The position numbers and the translations under genes are program-made. Under the pieces are notes generated by a model. That model ran no database searches. It was not told the origin of the DNA and saw only the letters and a list, made by a program, of their open reading frames with translations. A stretch of 64,000 nucleotides of DNA from an uncultured cyanobacterium (GTDB lineage Bacteria > Cyanobacteriota > Cyanobacteriia > Cyanobacteriales > Nostocaceae): the NCBI GenBank assembly GCA_963740315.1, contig CAVUDP010000002.1, positions 96,001 through 160,000 of the forward strand. Reading direction: 5' to 3'. This document shows positions 40,579 to 51,006 of the stretch, in pieces (position 1 is the first letter of the stretch; each line of letters starts with the position of its first letter).

Positions 40579-40941
40579 GAGTTGTTAGTTATTGATATAT
40601 GTTTTAGCACGCAACGCACCAAGAGAAGATTTTTTAGAAGATTTTTTGGCATATTTTAATCTTGATGGTTACTACTATAGTTAGTATTAACTCATGAATT
40701 GTACCTGTTAAATATAAATAGTTACGATAGTATTACAAATTTATAAACGTCACCTATTTCTCAACATATTAATTTCGGACTTTTTTACGCCAAAAGCTTG
40801 GAATCATCGAGGGTAGAAGAACTTTTTGAGAAATTTGGCTATATCCGAAGCAGCGATCGTTGGGATAGTGGCGATTATAGGAATATAGAAATACAACTCG
40901 GAATTAACAGTTATTTATTTACTTACTTATTTAGGACTATT

Positions 40942-41229
40942 ATGACAACGGAAAACACGTTATTTGATAAAACCTTCCGCGACGACAATGGCAATATTGT
41001 TATAGCTCAACCGCCAAATCCACCGATTATTGTTTGGGGTGTTGCCAGTTTACTTCAACTAGTTTTTACATCCGGGGATGTTAATACAGGTTTATCCGTA
41101 TTGGCGTTTGGTTGTTTGTTTACTTGGGGATGGCTGGAATTATTCCAAGGAGTAAATTATTTTCGTCGCGGCTTGGGTTTAATTGTTTTGATTGGGGTTA
41201 CTGGATCGAGAATTCTGGCTTTGATTTAG
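40942..41229 (+). CDS. small membrane protein
   Basis: Likely start MTTENTLFDKTFRD; IAQPPNPPI...WLELFQGVNYFRRGLG. Confidence 0.7.
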   Translation: MTTENTLFDKTFRDDNGNIVIAQPPNPPIIVWGVASLLQLVFTSGDVNTGLSVLAFGCLFTWGWLELFQGVNYFRRGLGLIVLIGVTGSRILALI

Positions 41230-41271
41230 GGAATATATAAATCATAATCAAATTTATTTGTTGCATAACCA

Positions 41272-41400
41272 CAATTAATTAGACGTAGCACAATTAATTA
41301 GATGTCGCACAATTTATTAGATGTCGCATAATTTATTAGATGTCGCACAATTAATTAGATGTCGCACAATTAATGAGACGTAGCACTGCTACGTCTCTAC
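41272..41400. repeat. 19-bp tandem repeat (~6 copies) ending in a GTAG REP hairpin
   Basis: CAATTAATTAGATGTCGCA units followed by GAGACGTAGCACTGCTACGTCTCTAC. Confidence 0.85.
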
Positions 41401-41407
41401 ATGATTT

Positions 41408-41860
41408 TTAGGATTGCAAATCTTCTAATTTAACTTGTTTACCTTTTTCGTCAGTGCGATAAACTAATTCGTTTTGCCCGTCGCTAACTACAACTTTCCA
41501 ACCGGGTACAATTACCTGAGCGCAAAGTTGATCTTTCTGTGCCAAGCCCAAACAACTATCTCCCCAATTTTCTTTTTGCACATCACTTATCCGCAGTGCA
41601 GCTACGGGTTTAGTGACGCGCTTTGTTGCATCTGATAATACTGCGCTTTTGACTATGGTAGGTAATCTATTAACAGTTGTTTTATCTGTTAGATTCGTTT
41701 CAATTTGGGAAGAATTAGTAGCTGTAGAACGTGCTTGAGTAGCTTCAACTTGTGGAGAATTTGTTTGATTATCGGCACAGGAAGTTGTAGAAAATACCAA
41801 TAAGCAGATAGTAACAACGAGCGTAATTTTAGTACGTGAGTGCAGCGGAGTATATATCAT
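41408..41860 (-). CDS. putative lipoprotein
   Basis: Hydrophobic signal ending TTSC; WGDSCLGL...CAQVIVPGW..YRTD. Confidence 0.75.
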   Translation of the reverse strand: MIYTPLHSRTKITLVVTICLLVFSTTSCADNQTNSPQVEATQARSTATNSSQIETNLTDKTTVNRLPTIVKSAVLSDATKRVTKPVAALRISDVQKENWGDSCLGLAQKDQLCAQVIVPGWKVVVSDGQNELVYRTDEKGKQVKLEDLQS

Positions 41861-42117
41861 TATATATTTTGAAATCCTTTTACTTAGATTAGATTCTGAA
41901 GAGTGGGATGTATTCTTAAAGTAGATTTTATCTTATAAAATTTGTCAAGCGCACAACTCACTCTTTCCAATCCCCTATTGAATTATATTGCGGTAGTTTG
42001 AAGATAGGACGAATTGTAAAATAGTCGGACAATCGGGGAGGTAGTAAGAAATTTACTGTTAATTTTTAACTATTCAATCTAAAATCTAAAATCTAAAATT
42101 AAAATCAGGTTTTATTC

Positions 42118-42618
42118 ATGTTTACTAATTCTAAATTGTTTATGAAGTTAATTAAGGGCGTTGTTATTTTAGCAATGGTAGGAATATTTTACTGGCTGCC
42201 GATCGCGGGAAATGCTCAAGCTAGCGTCTGGGATAAAAAAGAAGTTACCGTTTATCGCAGCCCTTCTTGTAGTTGCTGTGGAAACTGGATAAAACATATG
42301 GAAAATCACGGTTTTAAAATCGCATACGATCTAAAAACCGAAAACATGGAAGCAATCAAGCAACATTTTAACGTACCTCAACAGTTAGAATCCTGTCACA
42401 CCGCAATTATTGACAATTATGTCATGGAAGGACACGTCCCCGCTGATGATATTAAACGTTTTATCGCTCAATCCCCCAAACAAACTGGTTTATCAGTACC
42501 CGGTATGCCTTGGGGTACCCCAGGTATGGAAATGGGGAATAAGAAACAGCCTTTTGATGTAGTTTCCTTCGATCGCGATCGTCAAATCAAAGTTTTTCAG
42601 GAATATCGCTCTTATTAA
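42118..42618 (+). CDS. DUF411 / CopG-like periplasmic metal-binding protein
   Basis: YRSPSCSCCGNWIKH, SCHTA, EGHVPA, VPGMPWGTPGM. Confidence 0.9.
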   Translation: MFTNSKLFMKLIKGVVILAMVGIFYWLPIAGNAQASVWDKKEVTVYRSPSCSCCGNWIKHMENHGFKIAYDLKTENMEAIKQHFNVPQQLESCHTAIIDNYVMEGHVPADDIKRFIAQSPKQTGLSVPGMPWGTPGMEMGNKKQPFDVVSFDRDRQIKVFQEYRSY

Positions 42619-42844
42619 AAAAAGTTAGGAGTTAGGACCACCGGAATGAGGAGTTACAAGTTGAAAATAAACTTGGAATATAAATAGGACTTAGCAAAAA
42701 GGTACATTTTTCTTGTAGGGGAGGCAAAATGCGGTGTGGATTTTCTTCCCCCCTTATTGCCGTTGTGTGACGCTATAAGTTAATTTGAACGTAGCAATAA
42801 GGAAAGTAGCGTCACGCACCATCAACCATTTGTGACTTCTTTAT

Positions 42845-43383
42845 TTACGGATACTTTTCCATTCTCCGAAGTAAGGCCCACAATGAAATAGTACCATCAG
42901 GCATTATAGTATCCCAAATTACGTTCATGGCACGATAAATCATATCCTCAAGTGGTGGAGTAGCACCTCGAAAATCAGCACCAATCAAAATAGCAGATTC
43001 AAAAGGAGTGAGCATTGCACCACGAAAAACGGCATCAACAGCATTCATATGAGTTAAAACAGATCCAGTTAAATCAGCATTGGTCAAATTACATCTACAC
43101 AAATTAACGGAATACAAATTAGCATCCCGAACGATCGCATTATCCAACCGAGCTTCTATAAAAGATGCACCAAATAAATCTGCTCCACTCAAATCAGCAC
43201 TTCTCAAATCGGCGAAACTTAAATCGGCTCCACGCAAGTTGATATCCCGTAACATAGCACCTTCAAGATCAACTCCGTTACGTCCGCATTCTTTTTCTCT
43301 TATTACGAGTGCACCAGCAAAGTTTCTTTTTCCAGAAGTATATCTTTTCACCAACTCTTCTGTAGTAATTTCCTGTGCGCCAT
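42845..43383 (-). CDS. pentapeptide repeat protein, possibly frameshifted at both ends
   Basis: A(D/N)Lxx repeats; ATG at 43383 is out of frame with AQEITTEELVKRY; alternative C-terminal frame GPYFGEWKSIRK. Confidence 0.65.
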
Positions 43384-43533
43384 AATCAGTTTTTTAATTC
43401 TAGTATCGCTTACTCTTGTTAATTAATTATTGACTAACTGCATAAGTTGATTTTCTTGCACCTATATTGACATTGTATGGCGTTCCATCTAGTCGGAACC
43501 ATAAATTTCACTGTTAAACATAGGAGATGACGA

Positions 43534-46500
43534 ATGGCTAACAAAATTTATGCTTTACTTGTTGGTATTGATGAATATCATCCTCAATCAATAGGAGTGG
43601 GTTCACTAAAGGGTTGTGTTAATGATATTGAAGCAATTGAAACATACTTACGCAAGCGAATTGATACTGATAATAAATGGGAATTAGTTAAAAATTCTGT
43701 TGTTGATTGGAAGTTAACTAATGCACAAGCAACACGTCAAGCAGTGATTGACGGCTTTGAGCAACATCTAAGCCAAGCAGACGACAAAGATGTTGTATTC
43801 TTTTATTATGCCGGTCATGGCTCTCGTGAAACAGCACCAGATGTTTTTCTCGACCAAGAACGAGATGGTAAAATTGAAACTCTAGTTTGCTACGATAGTC
43901 GTACAGCAAATGGTCAAGACTTAGCAGATAAAGAATTAAACTATTTAATTGAGCAAGTAGCAAAAAATAATCCCCATATCTTAATTATTTTGGATTCTTG
44001 TCACTCCGGTACTGCAACAAGAGATCCAGAAGTTATCGAGCGTCAAACAAACACGAGTGGAAAGATAAGAGATTTAAAAGATTTTCTTTTTTACCAAGAT
44101 AACCCAGAATGGCTTGATTTGCGCTTAAGCGATACTTATAAATTACCCAAACATATTTTAATTTCTGCTTGTCGCGATTTTCAAACTGCGAAAGAGCATA
44201 CAGGTGCAGATGGTAAACGTCGTGGTGCTTTTTCTTACTTTTTAACTGAAGCTTTACAACGTACTAATGGTAGTTTATCTTATGCAAATTTAGTTCAAGA
44301 TATTAATGCTTTAATTACTGGTAAAGTTAACGATCAATCACCGCAAATAGAAGCAGCATCCGATGATTTAATCCAAACTTTCTTAGGAGGTGCAGCCGGG
44401 GAACGGATTAATTATTTTACCTTAAGTTATGACGAAAAAAACCATCATAATTGGGTGATTAACGGTGGTATTTTACATGGTATTCGTCCCACATCTGAAG
44501 GGGAGACTAGAATAGCTATTTTCCCTCAAGGAACTCAACCACAACAGTTACGAGAAATTGAAAATGCTATTTGCTCAGCTAGATTGATTCAAGTAAATAC
44601 AGAATTTAGTATAGTTGAAATAGAAGGCAATCGCACACAATTATCTCAAGATACACCTTATCAAGCAATTGTAACTCAGGTACCATTACCTAAGTTAAAG
44701 GTTTATTTTCAAGGTGATGATGGAGGAGTTGAAATAGCTCGTACAGAACTTGCCTTGATTAATGCTGGTAAACCTTCCTTATATGTTCGAGAAACGGAAT
44801 TATTGAATGATGCTAATTATTATTTAGAAGCTATTGAAGGGCAATTTTGGATTAAACAACCAAGCGATAAAAAGCCGTTAGTTGCACCTGTTCCAGAACT
44901 ACCACAGAGCCAAGAATATACACAAAAAGATGCAGAGACAATTATCAAACGTTTGGAGCATATTGCACGTTGGAAAAATATTTTAGAATTGAAAACTCCA
45001 CCTACTAGTCAGATTAAAGCTGGTGATGTAGAGATGGAAGTTATTGTTACTTCTGGAGAGAATCAATATTCTTCAAAAACAGAAACAACTGCTTTACAAG
45101 GAGAATATACTTGGAAAGGTAATAAATTTGACCCACCACGAATAGAAATCAAAGTTACCAACCATAGCGAAAATGACTTGTATTTTCAAGTAGTAGAATT
45201 AGCCGAAAGCTTCGCAATAGAAGTTCCTAGCTTTTTTGAAGAAAGGGGTAGTATTCGTATATCTAAAAAATCTAGTAATTCTGAAAGCTTTAATGGTAAA
45301 AGACAAAAACTAACAATTAATAGAAAGTATCTGGAACGCGGTATTAACGAGTACTATACGATTTTTAAATTAATTGTTAGTACCAGAGATTTCAATGCGA
45401 GTTTACTTGAGCAACCTGGATTAGATAATCCTCCACCAACAAATCGTTCCACAGGTTTATCAGGCACTCTCAACCGTTTGATGAATAAAGTTTATACTCG
45501 TGAAACTGAGCCTGAAGAAGACGAATATATCGATAACTGGATGACTCAAGAAGTTAAAGTTAATGTGGTAAAACCACCCGGTGGAGTAGAAATAAAAGAT
45601 TCTGTTTCTACCAATTTACTGACTGGTGTCGAGTTACAAGCACATCCCACTTTCAAAGGTAAATTTAGCATTAATCCCTTACCTCCTAGCAGTCGGAATG
45701 TTAATAGTAATATAGTTCCACCAATTTTCTTACAAGAGCAAACCGTTGTTCAACGTGATGGAAAGAGACTATCCGAACCATACAATTTTAATATGACTCG
45801 CGGTGGTAATGGTAATTTGAGTCTAATTGAAATTATTGATGTCCAAAATCACGAAAGTGTAACGCCAGAAAATCCAATTAAAATATCAGTTGATAAGCCA
45901 TTATCATCAGATGAACGTATTTTACCCATTGCTTATGATGGAGAATTTTTCTTACCTTTGGGTAAAGCTACAACGGTAAATGGTAAGACAGAAATTACTA
46001 TCGAACGTTTACCACAACCAACTGTCGATAGTCGCAGTTTACAAGGCTCAATTAAAATACTTTTCCAAAAAGTTGTTTACGAAAGTGCTGGTAAACGATT
46101 GGGGATGAATTTTGATTATCCACTTTTAAGAATTGCAAATGTCTCCGAAAGTGGAAGGGTAACATATAATATTAACGCGAATGAAATTAAAACCAAAGTT
46201 GCTGAAGCTAATAAGATTTTACTTTATATTCACGGTATTATTGGCGATACAGAAAGTTTACTTCCTAGCATCCAATCGGCTAGCTTAGCAGATAAATATG
46301 ATTTAGTTCTCGCTTTTGACTACGAAAATCTCAACACGACAATTCAAGGAAACGCCAAACTACTCAAGGAAAGATTAGAGGAAGTTGGAATAAGTGCAAA
46401 TCATGGTAAACAATTACATATCGTTGCTCATTCAATGGGTGGTTTAATCTCTCGTGTCTTTATTGAAGAAGAAGGTGGAAATCAAATTGTCCAACATTTA

Positions 46501-47031
46501 GTCATGTTGGGTACACCTAACGCTGGCTCTCCCTGGGCTAAAATTCAAGATTGGGCTTTTACTGCTCTTGGTATCGGGTTAAATCAACTTTCTACCGTAG
46601 TTTGGCCAGCAAATATTGTTGCTGGATTGCTGGCATTTTTGGAAGCTAATGATAAGGCTTCCGAGCAAATGAATACCCAAAGCAATTTTATCCAAAGTAT
46701 CGCTAAAAATCCTGACCCTAACGTGCAGTATACGATTATTGCTGGCGATCGCTCTATTACTCCTGAAGCATTTACTGAATCTGCAAACTCTAGTAAAATA
46801 CAGCGACTGATGGGGAAATTATTTGGTAGTGCTGTAGATAATGTCGTAGATAAAGTGTTTTTCCAACAACCAAACGATATTGCAGTCACCTTGGAAAGCA
46901 TTAAAAGTATTAGTTTAAAGCGAAATCCCCAACCAATAATTATATCACCAGTTGGTTGCGATCATAATTCCTATTTCACCACTCAAGCTGGTTTAGATGC
47001 TTTAGTTAAAGCGCTGGGTGGCGATTTGTAA
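43534..47031 (+). CDS. caspase-family (C14) protease fused to C-terminal alpha/beta-hydrolase
   Basis: ALLVGIDEY, YAGHGS and LDSCHSG dyad, GAFSYFL; LYIHGIIG, AHSMGG, LGTPNAGS. Confidence 0.92.
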   Translation: MANKIYALLVGIDEYHPQSIGVGSLKGCVNDIEAIETYLRKRIDTDNKWELVKNSVVDWKLTNAQATRQAVIDGFEQHLSQADDKDVVFFYYAGHGSRETAPDVFLDQERDGKIETLVCYDSRTANGQDLADKELNYLIEQVAKNNPHILIILDSCHSGTATRDPEVIERQTNTSGKIRDLKDFLFYQDNPEWLDLRLSDTYKLPKHILISACRDFQTAKEHTGADGKRRGAFSYFLTEALQRTNGSLSYANLVQDINALITGKVNDQSPQIEAASDDLIQTFLGGAAGERINYFTLSYDEKNHHNWVINGGILHGIRPTSEGETRIAIFPQGTQPQQLREIENAICSARLIQVNTEFSIVEIEGNRTQLSQDTPYQAIVTQVPLPKLKVYFQGDDGGVEIARTELALINAGKPSLYVRETELLNDANYYLEAIEGQFWIKQPSDKKPLVAPVPELPQSQEYTQKDAETIIKRLEHIARWKNILELKTPPTSQIKAGDVEMEVIVTSGENQYSSKTETTALQGEYTWKGNKFDPPRIEIKVTNHSENDLYFQVVELAESFAIEVPSFFEERGSIRISKKSSNSESFNGKRQKLTINRKYLERGINEYYTIFKLIVSTRDFNASLLEQPGLDNPPPTNRSTGLSGTLNRLMNKVYTRETEPEEDEYIDNWMTQEVKVNVVKPPGGVEIKDSVSTNLLTGVELQAHPTFKGKFSINPLPPSSRNVNSNIVPPIFLQEQTVVQRDGKRLSEPYNFNMTRGGNGNLSLIEIIDVQNHESVTPENPIKISVDKPLSSDERILPIAYDGEFFLPLGKATTVNGKTEITIERLPQPTVDSRSLQGSIKILFQKVVYESAGKRLGMNFDYPLLRIANVSESGRVTYNINANEIKTKVAEANKILLYIHGIIGDTESLLPSIQSASLADKYDLVLAFDYENLNTTIQGNAKLLKERLEEVGISANHGKQLHIVAHSMGGLISRVFIEEEGGNQIVQHLVMLGTPNAGSPWAKIQDWAFTALGIGLNQLSTVVWPANIVAGLLAFLEANDKASEQMNTQSNFIQSIAKNPDPNVQYTIIAGDRSITPEAFTESANSSKIQRLMGKLFGSAVDNVVDKVFFQQPNDIAVTLESIKSISLKRNPQPIIISPVGCDHNSYFTTQAGLDALVKALGGDL

Positions 47032-47184
47032 ATAAATAGTCGTAGCGACATCATGGGTAGATGTCGCTATGTTTCTTGTGATGGTTAATTATGGTCGGAT
47101 AACTTATAAAGGATAATTCCGGACATTGTATAATTATTATTGAGATGTAATTGTTAATTTTTAATTTATCAAATATTAGAATTT

Positions 47185-49290
47185 ATGTCGCTGACAGAAG
47201 AAGAACTATTTTCATTACGTGATGCAATACATCAAGCTTTTGTAAAACCAGATGATTTGACAGATTTTTTCAATGAAAATGAAGATTTAAACGGGAATTT
47301 AATATTAAAAATTAATTATGAAAATAAGAATTTACTCTATGACACATATTTAAACAAATTTAATATATATAATAATAAAGATTATGACAAATATAGATTA
47401 TTGACTTTAGAAACATATGATACTAAAGGTATAAATTTTGAAGAAGAAGTAAAGAGCATAATTTTTCAAACTAATAATAATAACCTTATTGAGTACGATC
47501 CCGATCAACATATTATAGTAAAAGATTCTTTCCAATTCCAGCAAGCAATCAGCAACAATTATCAAATATGTCATCTTTTTGGTCATGGAAGTAATGGAAT
47601 TGTATTGACAGAAAAAGAAAGAATAGAACCAGAACAATTAGAAGCATGGTTACAAAATAAAGATAATTGTCAATGTTTTATTTTGAATATTTGTGATTCC
47701 CAAATAATCGCTGAGCGAATTAGCAAGTATGTTGACTATGCAATTGGTATGACTTACAGAATAAATGATGATGTAGCAATAAAATTTGCTAAAGGGTTTT
47801 ATTTGGGATTAAAAAATGGTATTGATAATAATCAAGATATGTTCTTGAGAGGTTTTAGAGATGCTATAGATGCTATTGTAGGAGACAAGAATTCGCAATA
47901 CAATATACCAGTTTTATATATAAGCTACAAAAGAGCAATTTTAAACTTAATTAAACAATTAGATGCTGACAATAAAATAGAAGATTTTCTCAGGAAATTA
48001 CACTCAAAATTATTACAACATCATAGATTCATTAAAATTTATAATAAATATACATATTCCATAAAACAACCTTACTTAAACAGACTTGCAGAGATTATTG
48101 TTAATGAAATAAATAATAATAATTGGAATTTAGTTCAAAGTGCTTACAGAGAAACTTTACCAGAGAATGCGACGGTAGATAATAGTAAACTCAACAATCC
48201 TCAAAATATAAATAATATTATAGATATCTTACGCGAAAAGTATCCATTTGTACGCGGTAATGTTCCAAGTATTTTAGAATTTAGTAAAAATCTAGCTAGT
48301 AAATTTGCAGAAAATAGTCAAGAATATCCAAGAATAAAATCTTGGGTTGCAGAAATATCGTCAAAATTAAATATCTCAATAGACGTACAGCCTAAAATTG
48401 AATCTAGCCTAACAACAAACCCAAAAACTTGTTTGTTAATCATAATTTCTCCGGAAGAAGCTAATTTTCGTCTAAAAGCAGAATATATTTTAGATGAAAA
48501 TCAAAAATCTCCACCGCTACCTTTTGATTTTCAAAAGCAAGCAAATACTGATTATGAAACTGAGAATGGTGTTATATGTTCAGAGAAAGAAATACCTTCA
48601 GTACTAGAAAAAATAATTAATAGTTTTATGTCTCGTTTTAAAAAAAATATAAATATATTGAAACCAATTATTGAGATATTTTTACCATATAAGTATATAG
48701 GAAAAAATTTAGACCATGAGTGGCGTATTCAAGATGATAATCAAGACAAAATTGCTATCGTGCAAGAATATAATATAATATTTTATCCTTTAGAACGTTG
48801 TACGGGCAATAATTCTTATTTCAGCTTTAAAGAAAGTTGGTTAAAATTTAAAACTCTTTTAGAAAGCGATGCCGATCCAAAATCGATTGTTGCAGGTTTT
48901 GAAATAATTCAGACAGTGAATAAAAATTACAGAATATTAGGTAAATGTTTAAAGGAAAAAATAGGTGTAAAATTAATGTCTCCTTTCCCTCTAAAAGAAA
49001 AAGAACAAGAATATTTTTGGAGAGCAGTTTTGAGTGGAGGAACACCTCTTGCTTTTTGGACAAGATATCATCCCCAAAAGCAGATGAATTTAGATGATAT
49101 AGATACTTATTTAGCTAAAGAATATTTAGAAAACGATTTTACAAAATTAATTGAGGAAATCTGGAATCTTCGTCAAAATGCTTACAATGATGAAGAAAAT
49201 CAGGAAGATGAATTAGGTTATCATCTGGGTTTTCTGTGCGATAATCTAAACCGAATTCAAAGAAGTAGGCTTTTACAATCATTCCTATAA
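47185..49290 (+). CDS. VMAP-like (vWA-MoxR-associated) protein with EAD-like N terminus and CHAT domain
   Basis: CHAT motifs HLFGHG, ILNICDS, AIKFAKGFY; C-terminal IEIFLP...W...GTPLAFW...LGYHLGFLCDN; directly upstream of MoxR; very AT-rich. Confidence 0.7.
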   Translation: MSLTEEELFSLRDAIHQAFVKPDDLTDFFNENEDLNGNLILKINYENKNLLYDTYLNKFNIYNNKDYDKYRLLTLETYDTKGINFEEEVKSIIFQTNNNNLIEYDPDQHIIVKDSFQFQQAISNNYQICHLFGHGSNGIVLTEKERIEPEQLEAWLQNKDNCQCFILNICDSQIIAERISKYVDYAIGMTYRINDDVAIKFAKGFYLGLKNGIDNNQDMFLRGFRDAIDAIVGDKNSQYNIPVLYISYKRAILNLIKQLDADNKIEDFLRKLHSKLLQHHRFIKIYNKYTYSIKQPYLNRLAEIIVNEINNNNWNLVQSAYRETLPENATVDNSKLNNPQNINNIIDILREKYPFVRGNVPSILEFSKNLASKFAENSQEYPRIKSWVAEISSKLNISIDVQPKIESSLTTNPKTCLLIIISPEEANFRLKAEYILDENQKSPPLPFDFQKQANTDYETENGVICSEKEIPSVLEKIINSFMSRFKKNINILKPIIEIFLPYKYIGKNLDHEWRIQDDNQDKIAIVQEYNIIFYPLERCTGNNSYFSFKESWLKFKTLLESDADPKSIVAGFEIIQTVNKNYRILGKCLKEKIGVKLMSPFPLKEKEQEYFWRAVLSGGTPLAFWTRYHPQKQMNLDDIDTYLAKEYLENDFTKLIEEIWNLRQNAYNDEENQEDELGYHLGFLCDNLNRIQRSRLLQSFL

Positions 49291-49315
49291 TTGTTAAATA
49301 AAAAATTACAAAATT

Positions 49316-50440
49316 ATGACAAACTGGCAATTATTTCACGGTGATGGTACACGGCATTATAATTTAAATAACCGCAGAGACGCAGAGAACAAAAAGAAAT
49401 TAGAAAATAAAACTTTCCCCGCTCCTCCTCCTTGGAGAAAATTTCACGAGATTAACGATGAAGATGAAAAAAAAGAAGTTAATCGACGCTGGAATCAAAT
49501 TCAAGAATTAGCAGAATCAGAAGAAAACCAGCGGGGTAGAGAAAGAGGTGAAAAGTTCCGCATTCATGTAGAGAAAACATCTGGTGAAGACGAAATTACC
49601 GAAGCTGGGAAAGAAGTTCTTAATGCTGTCAATGCTGCTATATATTTAAGAAGACCTCTTTTAGTAACGGGTAATCCCGGATCTGGAAAAACTTCTCTAG
49701 CTTATGCGATCGCACATGAGTTAAATAATGGTTCTGTTCTCACTTGGGCTATTACCGCACGCTCGACGCTACTTGATGGGCTTTATCGTTATGATGCCAT
49801 CGGTAGATTACAAGATGCAGAGAAAAAAGAAGACCAATCTATCGGTGATTATATAACTTTAGGTGCTTTGGGAACTGCTTTTTTACCTTCTTTCTTACCT
49901 AGAGTTTTACTGATTGATGAAATTGATAAAAGCGATATTAATTTACCTAACGACTTATTGCATATTTTTGAAGAAGGTGGTTTTAAAATTCCCGAATTAG
50001 TTCGTAGAGTCAAAGATACTGCAAAAGAGACTAACGCCGAACAAGTTTTTACCGCAGATGCAGAAATTAAAGCTACAATTCATCGAGGAAAAGTCCGTTG
50101 TGCTGAGTTTCCCATTGTGGTAATGACTAGTAATGGCGAACGAGAATTTCCTCCGGCTTTTTTACGACGGTGTTTAAGAGTAATAATGCCAGATCCAAAA
50201 GGAGAAGCTCTCAAAAATATTGTCAAAGCTCATTTTGGGGAAGCAGCATTTAAGACTGAAAGTGATATATTTAAGTTAATTGAGGATTTTGAAGAAAAAC
50301 AAAAAGATGGCGATCGCGCAACCGATCAGTTATTAAACGCCATACATTTACTTACCAATCATATCAGCGCTGAAGATTTGGACAAAGACGGGTTAAGGGA
50401 TTTATTGTTCAAGAGTTTGTCGGTTAGTGAGGAATTATAG
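49316..50440 (+). CDS. MoxR-family AAA+ ATPase
   Basis: APPPWRKF, LRRPLLVTGNPGSGKTS, YDAIGRL, LLIDEIDKSD, TSNGEREFPPAFLRRC, ATDQLLNA. Confidence 0.93.
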   Translation: MTNWQLFHGDGTRHYNLNNRRDAENKKKLENKTFPAPPPWRKFHEINDEDEKKEVNRRWNQIQELAESEENQRGRERGEKFRIHVEKTSGEDEITEAGKEVLNAVNAAIYLRRPLLVTGNPGSGKTSLAYAIAHELNNGSVLTWAITARSTLLDGLYRYDAIGRLQDAEKKEDQSIGDYITLGALGTAFLPSFLPRVLLIDEIDKSDINLPNDLLHIFEEGGFKIPELVRRVKDTAKETNAEQVFTADAEIKATIHRGKVRCAEFPIVVMTSNGEREFPPAFLRRCLRVIMPDPKGEALKNIVKAHFGEAAFKTESDIFKLIEDFEEKQKDGDRATDQLLNAIHLLTNHISAEDLDKDGLRDLLFKSLSVSEEL

Positions 50441-50537
50441 TTATACAAGAATTGCATCACTTTTTTTGAGTTTAAATTCCCACTCGTTAAGCCTAATAAA
50501 CCACCTTGAAATAAATTTCAAGGAACCCATATACCAA

Positions 50538-50933
50538 GTACGTTAAAACGCACTAAAATCCTTACTCAGTCTGATTTATCAGACTTTGTATTTTAGCCTG
50601 GGAATTTATTCCAAGGCGGTTGTTGAGCTTGGGGTGCAAGATGTACGTTAAAACGCACTAAAATCCTTACTCAGTCTGATTTATCAGACTTTGTATTTTA
50701 GCCTGGGAATTTATTCCAAGGCGGTTGTTGAGCTTGGGGTGCAAGATGTACGTTAAAACGCACTAAAATCTTTACCCAGTCTGATTTATCAGACTTTGTA
50801 TTTTAGCCTGGGAATTTATTCCAAGGCGGTTGTTGAGCTTGGGGTGCAAGATGTACGTTAAAACGCACTAAAATCTTTACCCAGTCTGATTTATCAGACT
50901 TTGTATTTTAGCCTGGGAATTTATTCCAAGGCG
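50538..50933. repeat. 105-bp tandem repeat x3.8 of a MITE-derived unit
   Basis: GTACGTTAAAACGCACTAAAATC...AGTCTGATTTATCAGACT...GGGGTGCAAGAT at 50538, 50643, 50748, 50853; related inverted copy at ~61220-61270. Confidence 0.92.
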
Positions 50934-51006
50934 ATTATTAATAATTTTGCCAGATAAATCTATAGGAATGATATTATCAAAGAGGTTTTGGTAACGGGTG
51001 TAAACA

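Noticed and set aside
50538..50933. CRISPR array
   Set aside because: Whole 105-bp units are near-identical, with no unique spacers and no cas genes in the window
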